A stretch of 64,000 nt of DNA from Longimicrobiales bacterium. GTDB taxonomy: Bacteria > Gemmatimonadota > Gemmatimonadetes > Longimicrobiales > Gaopeijiaceae. Both the position numbers and the translations under genes were made by a program. Shown piece after piece: positions 9,397 through 18,653 of the stretch (its first letter is position 1; the number at the start of each line of letters is the position of its first letter). The notes below the pieces were generated by a model. It was not told the DNA's origin. It made no database searches and worked only from the letters and a program-made list of their open reading frames with translations. Location of the stretch: NCBI GenBank assembly GCA_965204735.1, contig OZ242008.1, forward strand, positions 3,840,001 through 3,904,000, in the 5' to 3' direction.

Positions 9397-10529
9397 GTCG
9401 CAAGAAGGTCGCCGTCTTTGTTCCGAGCCTGGAGGGAGGCGGCGCGGAGCAGCTCAACACGACCTTGGCAAACGAGTTCGCCAAGCGGGAGCTGTCGGTC
9501 GATCTGGTAGTCGTGGATGGGACCGGTCGGTTGCGGAGGCTGGTGGCCGACGACGTGCGGATCGTCGTCTTGGGATCGCGACGATGCATGACGAGCGTTC
9601 CGCACTTTTGCCGATACCTGAGCAGGGAAAGGCCGGACGTGGTGGTGGCGACGATGCGTGCAGGAATCGTTGCGCTGCTTGCAAACCGGATCACAAGGGG
9701 TCACAGGCGCACGCTGGTTCGCATCGAGTCCTCGTACACGATTCAGTACCGGCAAACGGACGCTGTGGGTCGGTTGCTGGTGCGTCTGCACGCATGGCTG
9801 CTTCCGTCCGCCGACGCCGTGGTGACGTCCTCCAAAGGCGCAGCGGCCGACATTGCGCATCTTTCTCCCAAGGCGGCCGCCAAGGTGCGGGCGATCTACG
9901 ATCCAATCTTCAAGCCGCGTATTCTCGACCTCGCCGGGCAGCCCGTTGCTCATCGGTGGCTGCGGGAAGCGGCAGTGCCGGTCGTGATCTCGGTCGGTCG
10001 TCTGTCGCCGGAGAAGGACTTGAGAACGCTTCTCAGGGCCTTTGCAGAGGTGGTCAAGGCGCGCCCGGCCCGACTTCTCATTGTTGGCGAAGGACCCGAA
10101 CGAGCAGAGTTGGTGCGCACCGCCGAAGCGCTGGGCATCGCCGATGCCGTCGACATGCCCGGATTCCAAGACAACCCATTCGCATTCGTCAGGCGGGCGC
10201 GAGCCCTGGTGTTGTCTTCGGACGGCGAGGGCTTGCCCGCGGTGTTGATCGAGGCCCTGGCGTGCGGAACGCCAGTGGTCAGCACCATGTGCGGCAGCGG
10301 CCCGGAGGAGATACTGGAGGACGGCAAGTGGGGCCGGCTGGTGCCCGTCGGAGACGACAGGGCAATGGCCGAGGCGATCCTGCAAACGCTCGACGAGCCC
10401 GCGGACTCCGACGCCCTCGTCGCTCGGGCCAAGCGCTTTGGGGTCGAGCCTTCGGTCGAGCAGCACCTTCGGCTGATGTTCCCGGACGGATGGAACTCCC
10501 CCGCCACCGAGGCGACGCCCGGCCGTTGA
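9393..10529 (+). CDS. Glycosyltransferase family 4 (tandem paralog)
   Basis: ATGA overlap; GGGAEQ, VGRLSPEKDL, EGLPAVLIEALACGTPVVST. Confidence 0.9.
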   Translation: MSRKKVAVFVPSLEGGGAEQLNTTLANEFAKRELSVDLVVVDGTGRLRRLVADDVRIVVLGSRRCMTSVPHFCRYLSRERPDVVVATMRAGIVALLANRITRGHRRTLVRIESSYTIQYRQTDAVGRLLVRLHAWLLPSADAVVTSSKGAAADIAHLSPKAAAKVRAIYDPIFKPRILDLAGQPVAHRWLREAAVPVVISVGRLSPEKDLRTLLRAFAEVVKARPARLLIVGEGPERAELVRTAEALGIADAVDMPGFQDNPFAFVRRARALVLSSDGEGLPAVLIEALACGTPVVSTMCGSGPEEILEDGKWGRLVPVGDDRAMAEAILQTLDEPADSDALVARAKRFGVEPSVEQHLRLMFPDGWNSPATEATPGR

Positions 10530-10651
10530 CCCTCGGCCCGGCCGGCCGTCTTCGGCGCCTGGACGGGCCGCGACCGTCGCCAGAAGCGACCCCCGGCCCG
10601 CACGATCCGTTGACCCTCGACCCGTGATCTGTTGACCCTCGGCCCGCGATC
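10523..10651. repeat. Direct repeats, core GTTGACCCTCG(G/A)CCCG x3, two in 22-bp tandem with GATC
   Basis: Copies at 10523-10540, 10604-10624, 10626-10646; GATC at 10604, 10626, 10648. Confidence 0.75.
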
Positions 10652-10697
10652 AGCTTATCTTTTCGACCCTTGCGAACGCCAACAGCGGGCGAGAGCC

Positions 10698-11186
10698 ATG
10701 AAGTCACCACGCAGGAAGCCGCTGGGCGGCCGGGCCGGCCGCCGACCGCTCTGCCTTGTCGCTCGCCTGGCGTTCGTCCTTGGTCTGGGCGCTTGCGATT
10801 CGCTGAGCCTGAGCCGGGAGCCCGAGACCGCCCGCATTCGGATCGTCAGCGACGACGTCTCGGAGGTCTCGCTGGTCACCTCGCGCTGGTTCGTCGAGGT
10901 GGCGGACCCGGACTGCGTCGGGTGCCCGTCGGCAATCCAGCTCGTCGTGGGCGACACGACGACCGTCTCGCTTCCCTTCGAGGAGACCTACCCCCTGACC
11001 GCCCGCCTCCAGTTCTTCGCCGAGGCCCAGCCGTCTGCCGGCGTGCCGGTCAGACTTTCCATGAAGGCGTGGGTGGACGACAGGGAGTGGTACAACGGCT
11101 CTCGCACCTTGGAGCCGGAAGACGCGAACGGGGAGCCCGAGACGTTGCGCTTCGTCTACCAGTATACCCGAGCCAGGCTTCCCTGA
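10698..11186 (+). CDS. Hypothetical lipoprotein with CxxC
   Basis: Basic N-terminus, hydrophobic stretch, lipobox LGAC; CVGC motif. Confidence 0.7.
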   Translation: MKSPRRKPLGGRAGRRPLCLVARLAFVLGLGACDSLSLSREPETARIRIVSDDVSEVSLVTSRWFVEVADPDCVGCPSAIQLVVGDTTTVSLPFEETYPLTARLQFFAEAQPSAGVPVRLSMKAWVDDREWYNGSRTLEPEDANGEPETLRFVYQYTRARLP

Positions 11187-11189
11187 CGG

Positions 11190-11263
11190 ACGGTCGCGCT
11201 TTCCCGGCGAACGGTCGCGCTTTCCCGGGCGACGGTCACGCTTTCCCGGCGAACGGTCGCGCT
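11190..11263. repeat. About 3.5 copies of a 21-bp tandem repeat (ACGGTCGCGCTTTCCCGGCGA)
   Basis: Units start 11190, 11211, 11232, 11253; no spacers. Confidence 0.85.
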
Positions 11264-11299
11264 GCCCTGAGGGAAGACCGCCAAGCTCCGAGTGGAGAA

Positions 11300-12499
11300 G
11301 TGCGTTCGGCGTGGTGGCCCCCTGGCCTCTGGACGGTGGCGGTCGGCACGATGCTGGTCGTTGCCTGCACTTCCCAGCCCAGCTACACCGAGGGCGAGCC
11401 GGGCGCGCCGCTCCCGGAGTTGGACGACGACCAGCTCCGTCGGTTCGCCGAAGGGCAGATCCTCTTCAACCGGCCCTTCAGCGTTGCCGAGGGGCTGGGC
11501 CCGCTCTTCAACCAGGACCGGTGCGGCGCCTGCCACGACCTTCCCACCAGCGGCGGCCACGGCGCCGAGCCGGTGGTCAAGGCCGCCCGCTTCGACCCGA
11601 CGGAGGGGTGCACGACGCTGCCCGACCACGGAGGCGACCTTCGACAGCAGATCGTGACCGAGCGCGCCCGGGCGCTGGGCGTGCAGCCCGAGCTGATCCA
11701 CGAACACGCCACCGAAGCAGCCGACATCCGGCCGTCCGCCGTCTACGGGTTGGGCTTGGTCGCGGCGATTCCCGAGGCCGAGCTGCTCCGCCGAGCGGAC
11801 CCGGAAGACGCCGACGGCGACGGCATATCGGGCCGGGCCAACTTCGGCGCCGAAGGACGGGCGGGGAGGTTCGGTCGGCGGGCGCAGCACTCGACCCTTC
11901 GCGGCTTCATCGAAGAGGCGATTCGGCTGGAGATGGGGATCACCACGCCCAGCCGCCCCCGCGAAGAGCTGCCCGACGGGAAGCCGTTGCCCAGGGGAGC
12001 GGACCCGGCACCCGACCCGGAGGTGGACGAGACGACGCTCCGGCTCTTGACCGACTACATCCGCTTCCTGGCCCCGCCTCGATCGCTGACCCCCGGCGAC
12101 GGAGACGGCGCCGACGTTGCAGGAGACCTGGCAGAAGGGGCGCGTATCTTCGACTTCATGGGGTGCGCAAAGTGCCACGTCCCCTCGTTCACGACCAGCA
12201 GCGACGCTTCGCCGGCCCTCGCCCGACGGCGCTTCCGCCTCTACTCGGACCTTCTCCTCCACGACATGGGTCCCGAACTCGCCGGCCCGTGCACTCCGGG
12301 CACGACTCCTTCCGAGTGGAAGACCGCCCGGCTCGTGGGGCTGGGCCACCGCATCGACTTCCTCCACGATGGCCGGGCCGGGACCATCGAGGACGCAGTC
12401 CTGCTGCATGGAGGGGAGGCCTTGGCGAGCCGGGAAGTATTCCAGCGACTCACTGACGAAGCCCGCCGACAGGTGCTGGTCTTTCTCCGGTCACTGTAG
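11300..12499 (+). CDS. Di-heme oxidoreductase (DHOR) family lipoprotein; start uncertain
   Basis: Lipobox VVAC; GLGPLFN, CGACH, DPEDADGDGISGR, CAKCH, YSDLLLHDMG, FLHDGRA...HGGEA. Confidence 0.85.
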   Translation: MRSAWWPPGLWTVAVGTMLVVACTSQPSYTEGEPGAPLPELDDDQLRRFAEGQILFNRPFSVAEGLGPLFNQDRCGACHDLPTSGGHGAEPVVKAARFDPTEGCTTLPDHGGDLRQQIVTERARALGVQPELIHEHATEAADIRPSAVYGLGLVAAIPEAELLRRADPEDADGDGISGRANFGAEGRAGRFGRRAQHSTLRGFIEEAIRLEMGITTPSRPREELPDGKPLPRGADPAPDPEVDETTLRLLTDYIRFLAPPRSLTPGDGDGADVAGDLAEGARIFDFMGCAKCHVPSFTTSSDASPALARRRFRLYSDLLLHDMGPELAGPCTPGTTPSEWKTARLVGLGHRIDFLHDGRAGTIEDAVLLHGGEALASREVFQRLTDEARRQVLVFLRSL

Positions 12500-12551
12500 G
12501 AGAGGCGTCGCATCCGCGCACCGCCGGCGCCGGCGAGTTCGCAGTTGCCTG

Positions 12552-13007
12552 CTACTCCGGCGTTCCGGGACGATTGGGGTCCAGGAACCGCACCAGCAGG
12601 TCGACTTGGCCCTTGACGTACGCCTGTTCCTCCCGCAAGTCGGCGACGTCTTCCCGGACCTCGGCCACGTCTTCCCGGACCTCGGCCAGGTCCTCCTTGA
12701 CCTCGTCGAGTTGCCGCTCCACGGCGTCGAACCTCTGCTCCAGGGCGTCGAACCTCTGCTCCAGGGCGTCGAACCTCGGGGTGATCGCTTGATCGATCAC
12801 GACGGGCAGCGCCCACGTCACCAGGAAAGCAACCGACGCCACGAACAACCCGCCGATTCCCAGCCCGACCAACGCCTTGAGCCGGTTGTCCCACTTGAAC
12901 ACGCCGGCCCAGAATCGGCCGCCCGTGCCCCTTGGAGTGCCTTGACTCGGCTCCTCGCTTGGAAAATGCTCGCTGCGAACGTTCACGTCTGCGGTGATTG
13001 CACTCAT
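12552..13007 (-). CDS. Membrane-anchored coiled-coil hypothetical protein with heptad repeats
   Basis: GAGGAAAGGA upstream; one TM then FDALEQR x2-3 and EDV/LAEVR repeats. Confidence 0.7.
   Translation of the reverse strand: MSAITADVNVRSEHFPSEEPSQGTPRGTGGRFWAGVFKWDNRLKALVGLGIGGLFVASVAFLVTWALPVVIDQAITPRFDALEQRFDALEQRFDAVERQLDEVKEDLAEVREDVAEVREDVADLREEQAYVKGQVDLLVRFLDPNRPGTPE
12646..12777. repeat. Two sets of in-frame 21-bp tandem repeats
   Basis: ACGTCTTCCCGGACCTCGGCC x2 (12646-12687) and GGCGTCGAACCTCTGCTCCAG x2.6 (12723-12777). Confidence 0.85.
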
Positions 13008-13127
13008 TTCCTTTCCTCCTCGGATTGGGGATTGGGTCGAGCGGTGAACCGGGGCGAGTGCTCCCGGTCGCTACAGCTTAAGCGACGACGGGGCGATTCG
13101 CAAGGACTTTTTTCGGAGTCCGCACAT

Positions 13128-13171
13128 ATAAGCAACTGGGGCGCCACCCGGCAAGGGGTGACGCCCCAGTT
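13128..13171 (-). terminator. Probable intrinsic terminator downstream of susD
   Basis: 16-bp stem 13134-13149 / 13156-13171 whose only mismatch is a G-U wobble on the minus strand, followed by a U/A-rich tail. Confidence 0.7.
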
Positions 13172-13222
13172 TTGCTTCGGGACCCGAACGAGAGGCCGAC
13201 GCGGGCCGACCTCAGCGGCGCA

Positions 13223-14524
13223 TCACGACTTGGGCGCGCACCGTTTCGTCAGGTCGTTTTCGATGCTGTCGTTGAACAACGCCTCCGAGTCCGACATGGT
13301 GAACTTGGTGGGGCGTCCTGCGCCCGGCCGCTCGTTGTCGTCCAGCGGATCGAACACTGCTCGAGTCAACTCGAACCTGTGCAGGTCCACGGCGCGCTGG
13401 CCTTCCATGAACAGCTCGGCCAACCGTTCCGACAACAGGTAGTCCAGCATCGTCTGTGCGTCGGTGGGCGTCTCCAACGGCGGGAGCTCCACGGCCATGC
13501 GCAACTCGTTCAGCACTCCGGTGGCACCGGCGTAGTCGTTCGAGTTGTTGAGCATCGCCTCGGCCTCGATGAGCCGCATCAGGTCCGAGTGCACCATCGG
13601 AATGTCGTCGGGGCGGCTGTTGTACTTCCACTGGCTGTAGTGAGGCGTCTCGTTGTCGGTCGCCACCTCGCCGTCGAAGAACACGGGCATGCGCTTGTCG
13701 GGCTCGTCGCTCCATGCGTCCCGCATGTAGCCGGCCTTGTCGCTTTGCTCGATTCTGTCCCACAGCGTGTACATGAGGCCCGCCGCCTCGTTGAACGTCT
13801 TGGTCGTCAACGTGACGACCGAGTTGGTGCGCACGTCGTTGAAGCGAGCGTCGTACGAGAACCCGCTGCCCACGGCCGCGGCGTCCGACGCGGCGCCCGC
13901 CCAGTCGCCCAGCAGCGCCCTGGCCTGGGCCCTTCCGGCCTGCGACGCCCTCACGTAGTCGGACCGGCCGGCCGCCTGGGCCGTCTGCATGGCCGCGCCG
14001 AACCGATCGGCCGCAAGCTGCAGCGACTGCATGTCCGTGATCGCTGGGCCGCTGGGCTCGCCCACGGACTCGCAGAATGCCATGCCCATGTACAGCGCGG
14101 CAAAGGCGCCCGACATGCGGACCTGAGCCGTCAGCTCGCTGTTGGCCGCCTCCGCCTCTCCGAGGATCTCCCCGAAGCGGCGTTCGGCGTCCATGGCGGC
14201 CCATTGAACCCGCAGCCACGTGTTGTGGGCGCCGTCCAGGCCGCTCGTCCCGTACTGGAACCGACCGTGGTCCACCTCGTCGTAGTTTGACCACGTGCCG
14301 GTGTGCTGGTACACGTCGGAGAGCAGCGACTGGAAGGTCACGAAGTCGTCCACGGCGACGTGCAGGTTGCCTTCCACGCCGTTTGCGGTGGCAGGCAGTG
14401 CGTTGTTCACGTCTTCGGTCGTGTAGCGCTGGGGGTCCTGGACGGTCAGGAGCGACTCGCAGGCCGTCAGGGCCGCAACGGACGCCAGGGCCGTCGCCCA
14501 CCTCTTCGTCATGGTTCCTTTCAT
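13223..14524 (-). CDS. RagB/SusD family outer membrane lipoprotein
   Basis: Lipobox LTAC; LIEAEA, LNELR, ERLAELFMEGQRAVDLHRF SusD C-terminal motif; follows SusC. Confidence 0.85.
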   Translation of the reverse strand: MKGTMTKRWATALASVAALTACESLLTVQDPQRYTTEDVNNALPATANGVEGNLHVAVDDFVTFQSLLSDVYQHTGTWSNYDEVDHGRFQYGTSGLDGAHNTWLRVQWAAMDAERRFGEILGEAEAANSELTAQVRMSGAFAALYMGMAFCESVGEPSGPAITDMQSLQLAADRFGAAMQTAQAAGRSDYVRASQAGRAQARALLGDWAGAASDAAAVGSGFSYDARFNDVRTNSVVTLTTKTFNEAAGLMYTLWDRIEQSDKAGYMRDAWSDEPDKRMPVFFDGEVATDNETPHYSQWKYNSRPDDIPMVHSDLMRLIEAEAMLNNSNDYAGATGVLNELRMAVELPPLETPTDAQTMLDYLLSERLAELFMEGQRAVDLHRFELTRAVFDPLDDNERPGAGRPTKFTMSDSEALFNDSIENDLTKRCAPKS

Positions 14525-14527
14525 TTG

Positions 14528-17512
14528 CTAGAACCTCGTCTTGAAGGTGAGCTTGAACTGCCGCGGCTGCGGAACCCCCAGGAAGGGAGACGTCGCGAAG
14601 TCTCGGCCTCCTTGGTAGAGCTGGTTGGGGTCCGGGCAGTTGCAGTCGTCCCACCAATGCAGGTTGTAGCCCGAAAGGGTGAGGGTCGAACGCGAGAGGC
14701 CCAGAGACCCTGTAAGAGATTCGGGCAACGTGTACGACACCGATATCTCCTGCAGCCGGACGTTGTCGCGGGAATCCACGGGGTACACGAGCCGATGCCG
14801 GTTCAACACCGAGTCGCTCGCCGGCGTCGACTCGCCGGTGGGGGCGACGAGGTGCATCAGGTACTCGTCATACGCCAGCTGACGAACGCCGTAGCCCCTG
14901 TCGCTGTTGCGCATCGACGCCCCCCACTCGCCCCGTACTTGGACGGCTACGCGCAACGACTGCCCGATGGCGAAGTCGCTGTTGAGCGACGCCATGTGAT
15001 CCGGGAAGCCCTGTCCCTTGTACAGGCTGTAGACGGAGCGGACGTGTCTTCTCGTTGATGGATCCCATCCGAGAATCGCACGGTCGATGATGTCGCTGAT
15101 CGGGAAACCTTCCCAGTAGGTGCCCAGGCGCGTGTGCTGCGTCCAGCCGACCAGCTCGGTGCCCTCGTAGATGGGCAGCGAATCGGGGATGGCCGTCTCG
15201 CCGAGATCAAGGACTTCGTTGTGGATCCACTCGTAGTTGACGCCTGTGGACCAACGGAAGTCGCTCCGGTCCAGAATGGTGCCCCGCACGGCGAGCTCCA
15301 CGCCCATGTTGAGGATCTTCCCCGTGTTGCGCAGCTGGCTGTCGGAGAAACCTTCGCTCGGAGGCAGGGGAATGTCCAGCAAGGCGTTGCTCGTGGTTGC
15401 ATGCCAGTACGTGGCGTCGACCCCGATGCGATCTTCCATCAAGCCCAGGTCCAGGCCAGCTTCGTACTCGACCTTGATCTCGGGCTCCAGATCGGCGTTG
15501 CCCGGGTTGCTCGGGGAAACGCCGGGCACGTCGTCCAGGACCGTAATGGGAACGAAGGTCTGGAACTGGTCGAAGGCTCCGGGCGCCTTTCCTCCCAAGC
15601 CCACCGCCCCTCTGAGCTTTGCGCTGCTGATGAAGCCGGGCAGAACGTCCTCGTTGAGGTTGTAGGCCACATCCGCCTTCGGGTACACCTGGAAGCCGTA
15701 GTTCTCTCCGAAGGCGCTGTTGCCGTCCACGCGGACTGCCGCCGTCACGAAGAGGTCGTCTCCGATGTCGAACCTGTTCTGGCCGAAGAAGCCAAGGTTG
15801 ATCTCTTCAAGAGACGTCTCGGCGCCGAAAGTCTCCGCCGCGCCGCTTACGGTGGTGACGCCCGATCCGGCAAACGTTCTCCCCGTCGCCATCGTGTACG
15901 ACTGGGTCTCCCAGTAGCCTTGGGCGCCGAAGGCGAAGCTGGCCGCAACGTTGCCCAGGAAGGGGATGTCGTAGTCCAGGTTTCCGACGTAGTCCCCCGT
16001 GAAGTTGCGGACGCGTCGGTAGCCGATGTTCCTCTCGCCGTCCCTGCCGATGTAGGTGTAGTGACGCCCGAACGGCATGTAGCGGGTCTTCTCGTCAGCG
16101 ACGGCGTCCAGCCCAATCGTCATCTTGTGGCTGAAGTACGGCCTCGGATTGTACTGCAGAGTCACGGAACCTTGCCAACGGTCTGCGTCCGAGTACGTCT
16201 GGAGGGCCCTGGCGTCCTCCACGTTCACGTCCAACCCTCCGCCGTAGGGCTCCTCGGCGGTGGCGTTGAGCGGGTTCGTCAGCATGGCGTTGGTGTAGAT
16301 GCCCAGCCAGTTGTTGCCCGACTGAAGCGAGTAGATTCGGTTCCGAACGTAGCCCGAGGTGACGCCGACGGTCAGGTTGTCGCCGGCCGTCCAGTTGAGG
16401 TTCAGCCGCAGGTTGGCCCGCTTCTGATCGTTGGGCTTGATCGAGCCCTCTTCGTAGCTGAATCCGCCGGCCACGAAGTACGTCACGTTCTCCCCCCCCC
16501 CGTCGACGGTGAGGTCGTAGCTGTTGATCAAGCCGTTCTCGATCAGGGACTCGTTGGGGTCGAGCGCTACCGTGCCGTCGGCGCCCCTGAAGTTCGAGCG
16601 CAGCGAGGTCGGGAAGTTCGCCCGGTGGCGGTTGATCCCCACGCTGCTGGAGAAGGTGAACTGGGCCGGCGTGTTGTTCCGGCCCCGCTTGGTGAAGATC
16701 TGGATGACGCCGCCGGACGCTTCCGAGCCGTAGAGGGTCGCGGCGGCCGGCCCCTTCAAGACCTCGACCCGATCGATCTCGTCGGGATTGAGGTCGGAAA
16801 GCCGGTCTTCGCCCGCTCCGCCGCTGAACGCGCAGCACGTCGTCCGCATGGAGGTGTTGTTCGTGCCGCTCCCCCACTCCGACCCCCGCGTGTCGACCCG
16901 GATGCCGTCGATGTAGATGACGGGGCGCTGGCCCAACTGGAAGGAGTCCATGCCCCTCACCGTCAGGACGCGGCCGGCGCCGACGCCCCCAACGGAGCCG
17001 ATGGACCGGACGCCGGGGATTCGGCCCTCCAGGGCTTGGCTGAAGCCGTCGAGAGGAACCGTCTCGGAGATGCTGGCCACGTCCAAGGACGCCGCGGACA
17101 CGCCGAGCTTGCGACGCTCGACGGCGCCGGCGGTGCCGGTGACGATGATCTCGTCCAGGTCCACGGCCGAGACCTCCAGGCTGAACTCGATCGTCGCCGA
17201 GCCCCCGGAGGACACCGTGACCTGCTGCGTCTGCGTGCCGTAGCCCACGTGAACGGCCTGGACCGTGTACGTTCCCGGCGGCACGCGCGTGATGAGGAAA
17301 CGGCCGTTGACGTTGGACAGCCCACCGAGCTGGGTGTCCATGACGGAGATCTGGGTGCCGTTGATCGGCTGCCCAGTCGTTGCCGCGTTGACCGAGCCCG
17401 TGATCGTCCCGTCCTGGGCGGCGACGCCGACCGGCAGGGCGAGGATCAGGGCCGCGGCCGCGGCCAGGAGGGAGGAGAGTCCTCCCCCGATGAGGTTGTA
17501 GCGTTGGGTCAT
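14528..17512 (-). CDS. SusC/RagA family TonB-dependent outer membrane receptor
   Basis: Signal peptide, N-terminal Ig-like domain, DLNPDEIDRVEVLKGPAAATLYGSEASGGVIQIFTKRG plug motif, GNADLEPE, C-terminal Phe. Confidence 0.92.
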   Translation of the reverse strand: MTQRYNLIGGGLSSLLAAAAALILALPVGVAAQDGTITGSVNAATTGQPINGTQISVMDTQLGGLSNVNGRFLITRVPPGTYTVQAVHVGYGTQTQQVTVSSGGSATIEFSLEVSAVDLDEIIVTGTAGAVERRKLGVSAASLDVASISETVPLDGFSQALEGRIPGVRSIGSVGGVGAGRVLTVRGMDSFQLGQRPVIYIDGIRVDTRGSEWGSGTNNTSMRTTCCAFSGGAGEDRLSDLNPDEIDRVEVLKGPAAATLYGSEASGGVIQIFTKRGRNNTPAQFTFSSSVGINRHRANFPTSLRSNFRGADGTVALDPNESLIENGLINSYDLTVDGGGENVTYFVAGGFSYEEGSIKPNDQKRANLRLNLNWTAGDNLTVGVTSGYVRNRIYSLQSGNNWLGIYTNAMLTNPLNATAEEPYGGGLDVNVEDARALQTYSDADRWQGSVTLQYNPRPYFSHKMTIGLDAVADEKTRYMPFGRHYTYIGRDGERNIGYRRVRNFTGDYVGNLDYDIPFLGNVAASFAFGAQGYWETQSYTMATGRTFAGSGVTTVSGAAETFGAETSLEEINLGFFGQNRFDIGDDLFVTAAVRVDGNSAFGENYGFQVYPKADVAYNLNEDVLPGFISSAKLRGAVGLGGKAPGAFDQFQTFVPITVLDDVPGVSPSNPGNADLEPEIKVEYEAGLDLGLMEDRIGVDATYWHATTSNALLDIPLPPSEGFSDSQLRNTGKILNMGVELAVRGTILDRSDFRWSTGVNYEWIHNEVLDLGETAIPDSLPIYEGTELVGWTQHTRLGTYWEGFPISDIIDRAILGWDPSTRRHVRSVYSLYKGQGFPDHMASLNSDFAIGQSLRVAVQVRGEWGASMRNSDRGYGVRQLAYDEYLMHLVAPTGESTPASDSVLNRHRLVYPVDSRDNVRLQEISVSYTLPESLTGSLGLSRSTLTLSGYNLHWWDDCNCPDPNQLYQGGRDFATSPFLGVPQPRQFKLTFKTRF

Positions 17513-17645
17513 GTCGCCTGTCCTTTCGGTTGGATGACTGCCGGCGGAGTGAACGGGCAAGCCCCGTGCTCCGCCTCGCTACCGAGTGGATGCATGGTAC
17601 TGCACCTTGGCGCAATGCGCCAGCCGGGGCCCGGCGATGCGTCGG

Positions 17646-18653
17646 TCAGAACGCTTCCCCCAGCCCCTCCGCCACTCGTTCCGCAAGGGCCGTGACCGCC
17701 GCTGCCAGGATTCGGGTGCGCTCGCTCCTGATGTAGTAGGGGTCGCGTTCGGCGGAGTCGTCGCGGAAGAGCTCCACGAAGCCCAGAACGTCCTCGTCCT
17801 CGTCGTAGTACTCGACTCGGAGCAGGCTTCGCAGGCGGTCGGCGGGCGGCAGCGAGTCGTACCCCGCGATCGCCAGCTGGTCCACGCGCTGCATGAAGTT
17901 GCCGAAGCCGGCGTCGGGCGCTTCTCCGTCGGCTGCCGCCCACTCGCCGGACTCGAGCCGGTCCATCGTCCGGGAGCGGCCGACGGCCTCTGGTTGGTTC
18001 GCGCCGGCGTCTTCGTCGCCCTCCGGGGCGTCGCCGACGGTCACCCGAACGCGGGCCACCTCGTCGGCCGGGTAGTGGTGGAGCCAGCGTTCCCGGAGCG
18101 AGCCTTCGCCGATCGCCAGCGGTCGCACCACGTCTCCAGGGAGCACGTAGCCCGAGCCGCCGGCCTGGGAGCCGTCCGTGGGGACCGGCTGAAGAGCGTA
18201 GCGGTGGGAGCCGCCGCCAAAGGTCGTGTCCCCCAGGATCAGCAGCCGTTCGTCGTCGTCGAACGCCACCGCGATCTGCTCTGCCGAGCCGTCCAGGCCG
18301 AAGCGGGCCTCCTGCTCCGGCGAGAGCGGCCCCAGGTCGCGGATCACCCGGAGGGCGGCCAGGCGCGCCACCACCGTGTGGCCCGACGCGCCCACCGGGA
18401 ACTCCAGCGTGTCGCGCCCTTCGTTCTCGATCTCGGTCCCCCACAGGAACGCGCCTCCGTCGTCCTCTCGGCGCCGGATCACGACCTCCTTCTCCGAGGA
18501 GCGGTAGCGGACCATTGCGACGGCCGTGGTGTCCTGCTCCCACGCCAGCGCCCGGTTCCGGTCCTCCTCCCGCACTTCGTCCCGAGTCCACGTCTGGAAC
18601 GCCCACACGGCCGCCGCGGCCAGGAGGATCCCGTGAATCCGCGCGCCCTTCAC
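17646..18653 (-). CDS. DUF4340-like periplasmic protein
   Basis: GTGA overlap; N-terminal TM, FGLD..LILGD.TFGG..RYA; usual position after GldG-like gene. Confidence 0.65.
   Translation of the reverse strand: MKGARIHGILLAAAAVWAFQTWTRDEVREEDRNRALAWEQDTTAVAMVRYRSSEKEVVIRRREDDGGAFLWGTEIENEGRDTLEFPVGASGHTVVARLAALRVIRDLGPLSPEQEARFGLDGSAEQIAVAFDDDERLLILGDTTFGGGSHRYALQPVPTDGSQAGGSGYVLPGDVVRPLAIGEGSLRERWLHHYPADEVARVRVTVGDAPEGDEDAGANQPEAVGRSRTMDRLESGEWAAADGEAPDAGFGNFMQRVDQLAIAGYDSLPPADRLRSLLRVEYYDEDEDVLGFVELFRDDSAERDPYYIRSERTRILAAAVTALAERVAEGLGEAF

Noticed and set aside
11190..11263. CRISPR array
   Set aside because: Units are directly adjacent with no unique spacers and no cas genes are in the window; the same applies to repeats at 3907, 10604 and 12646.
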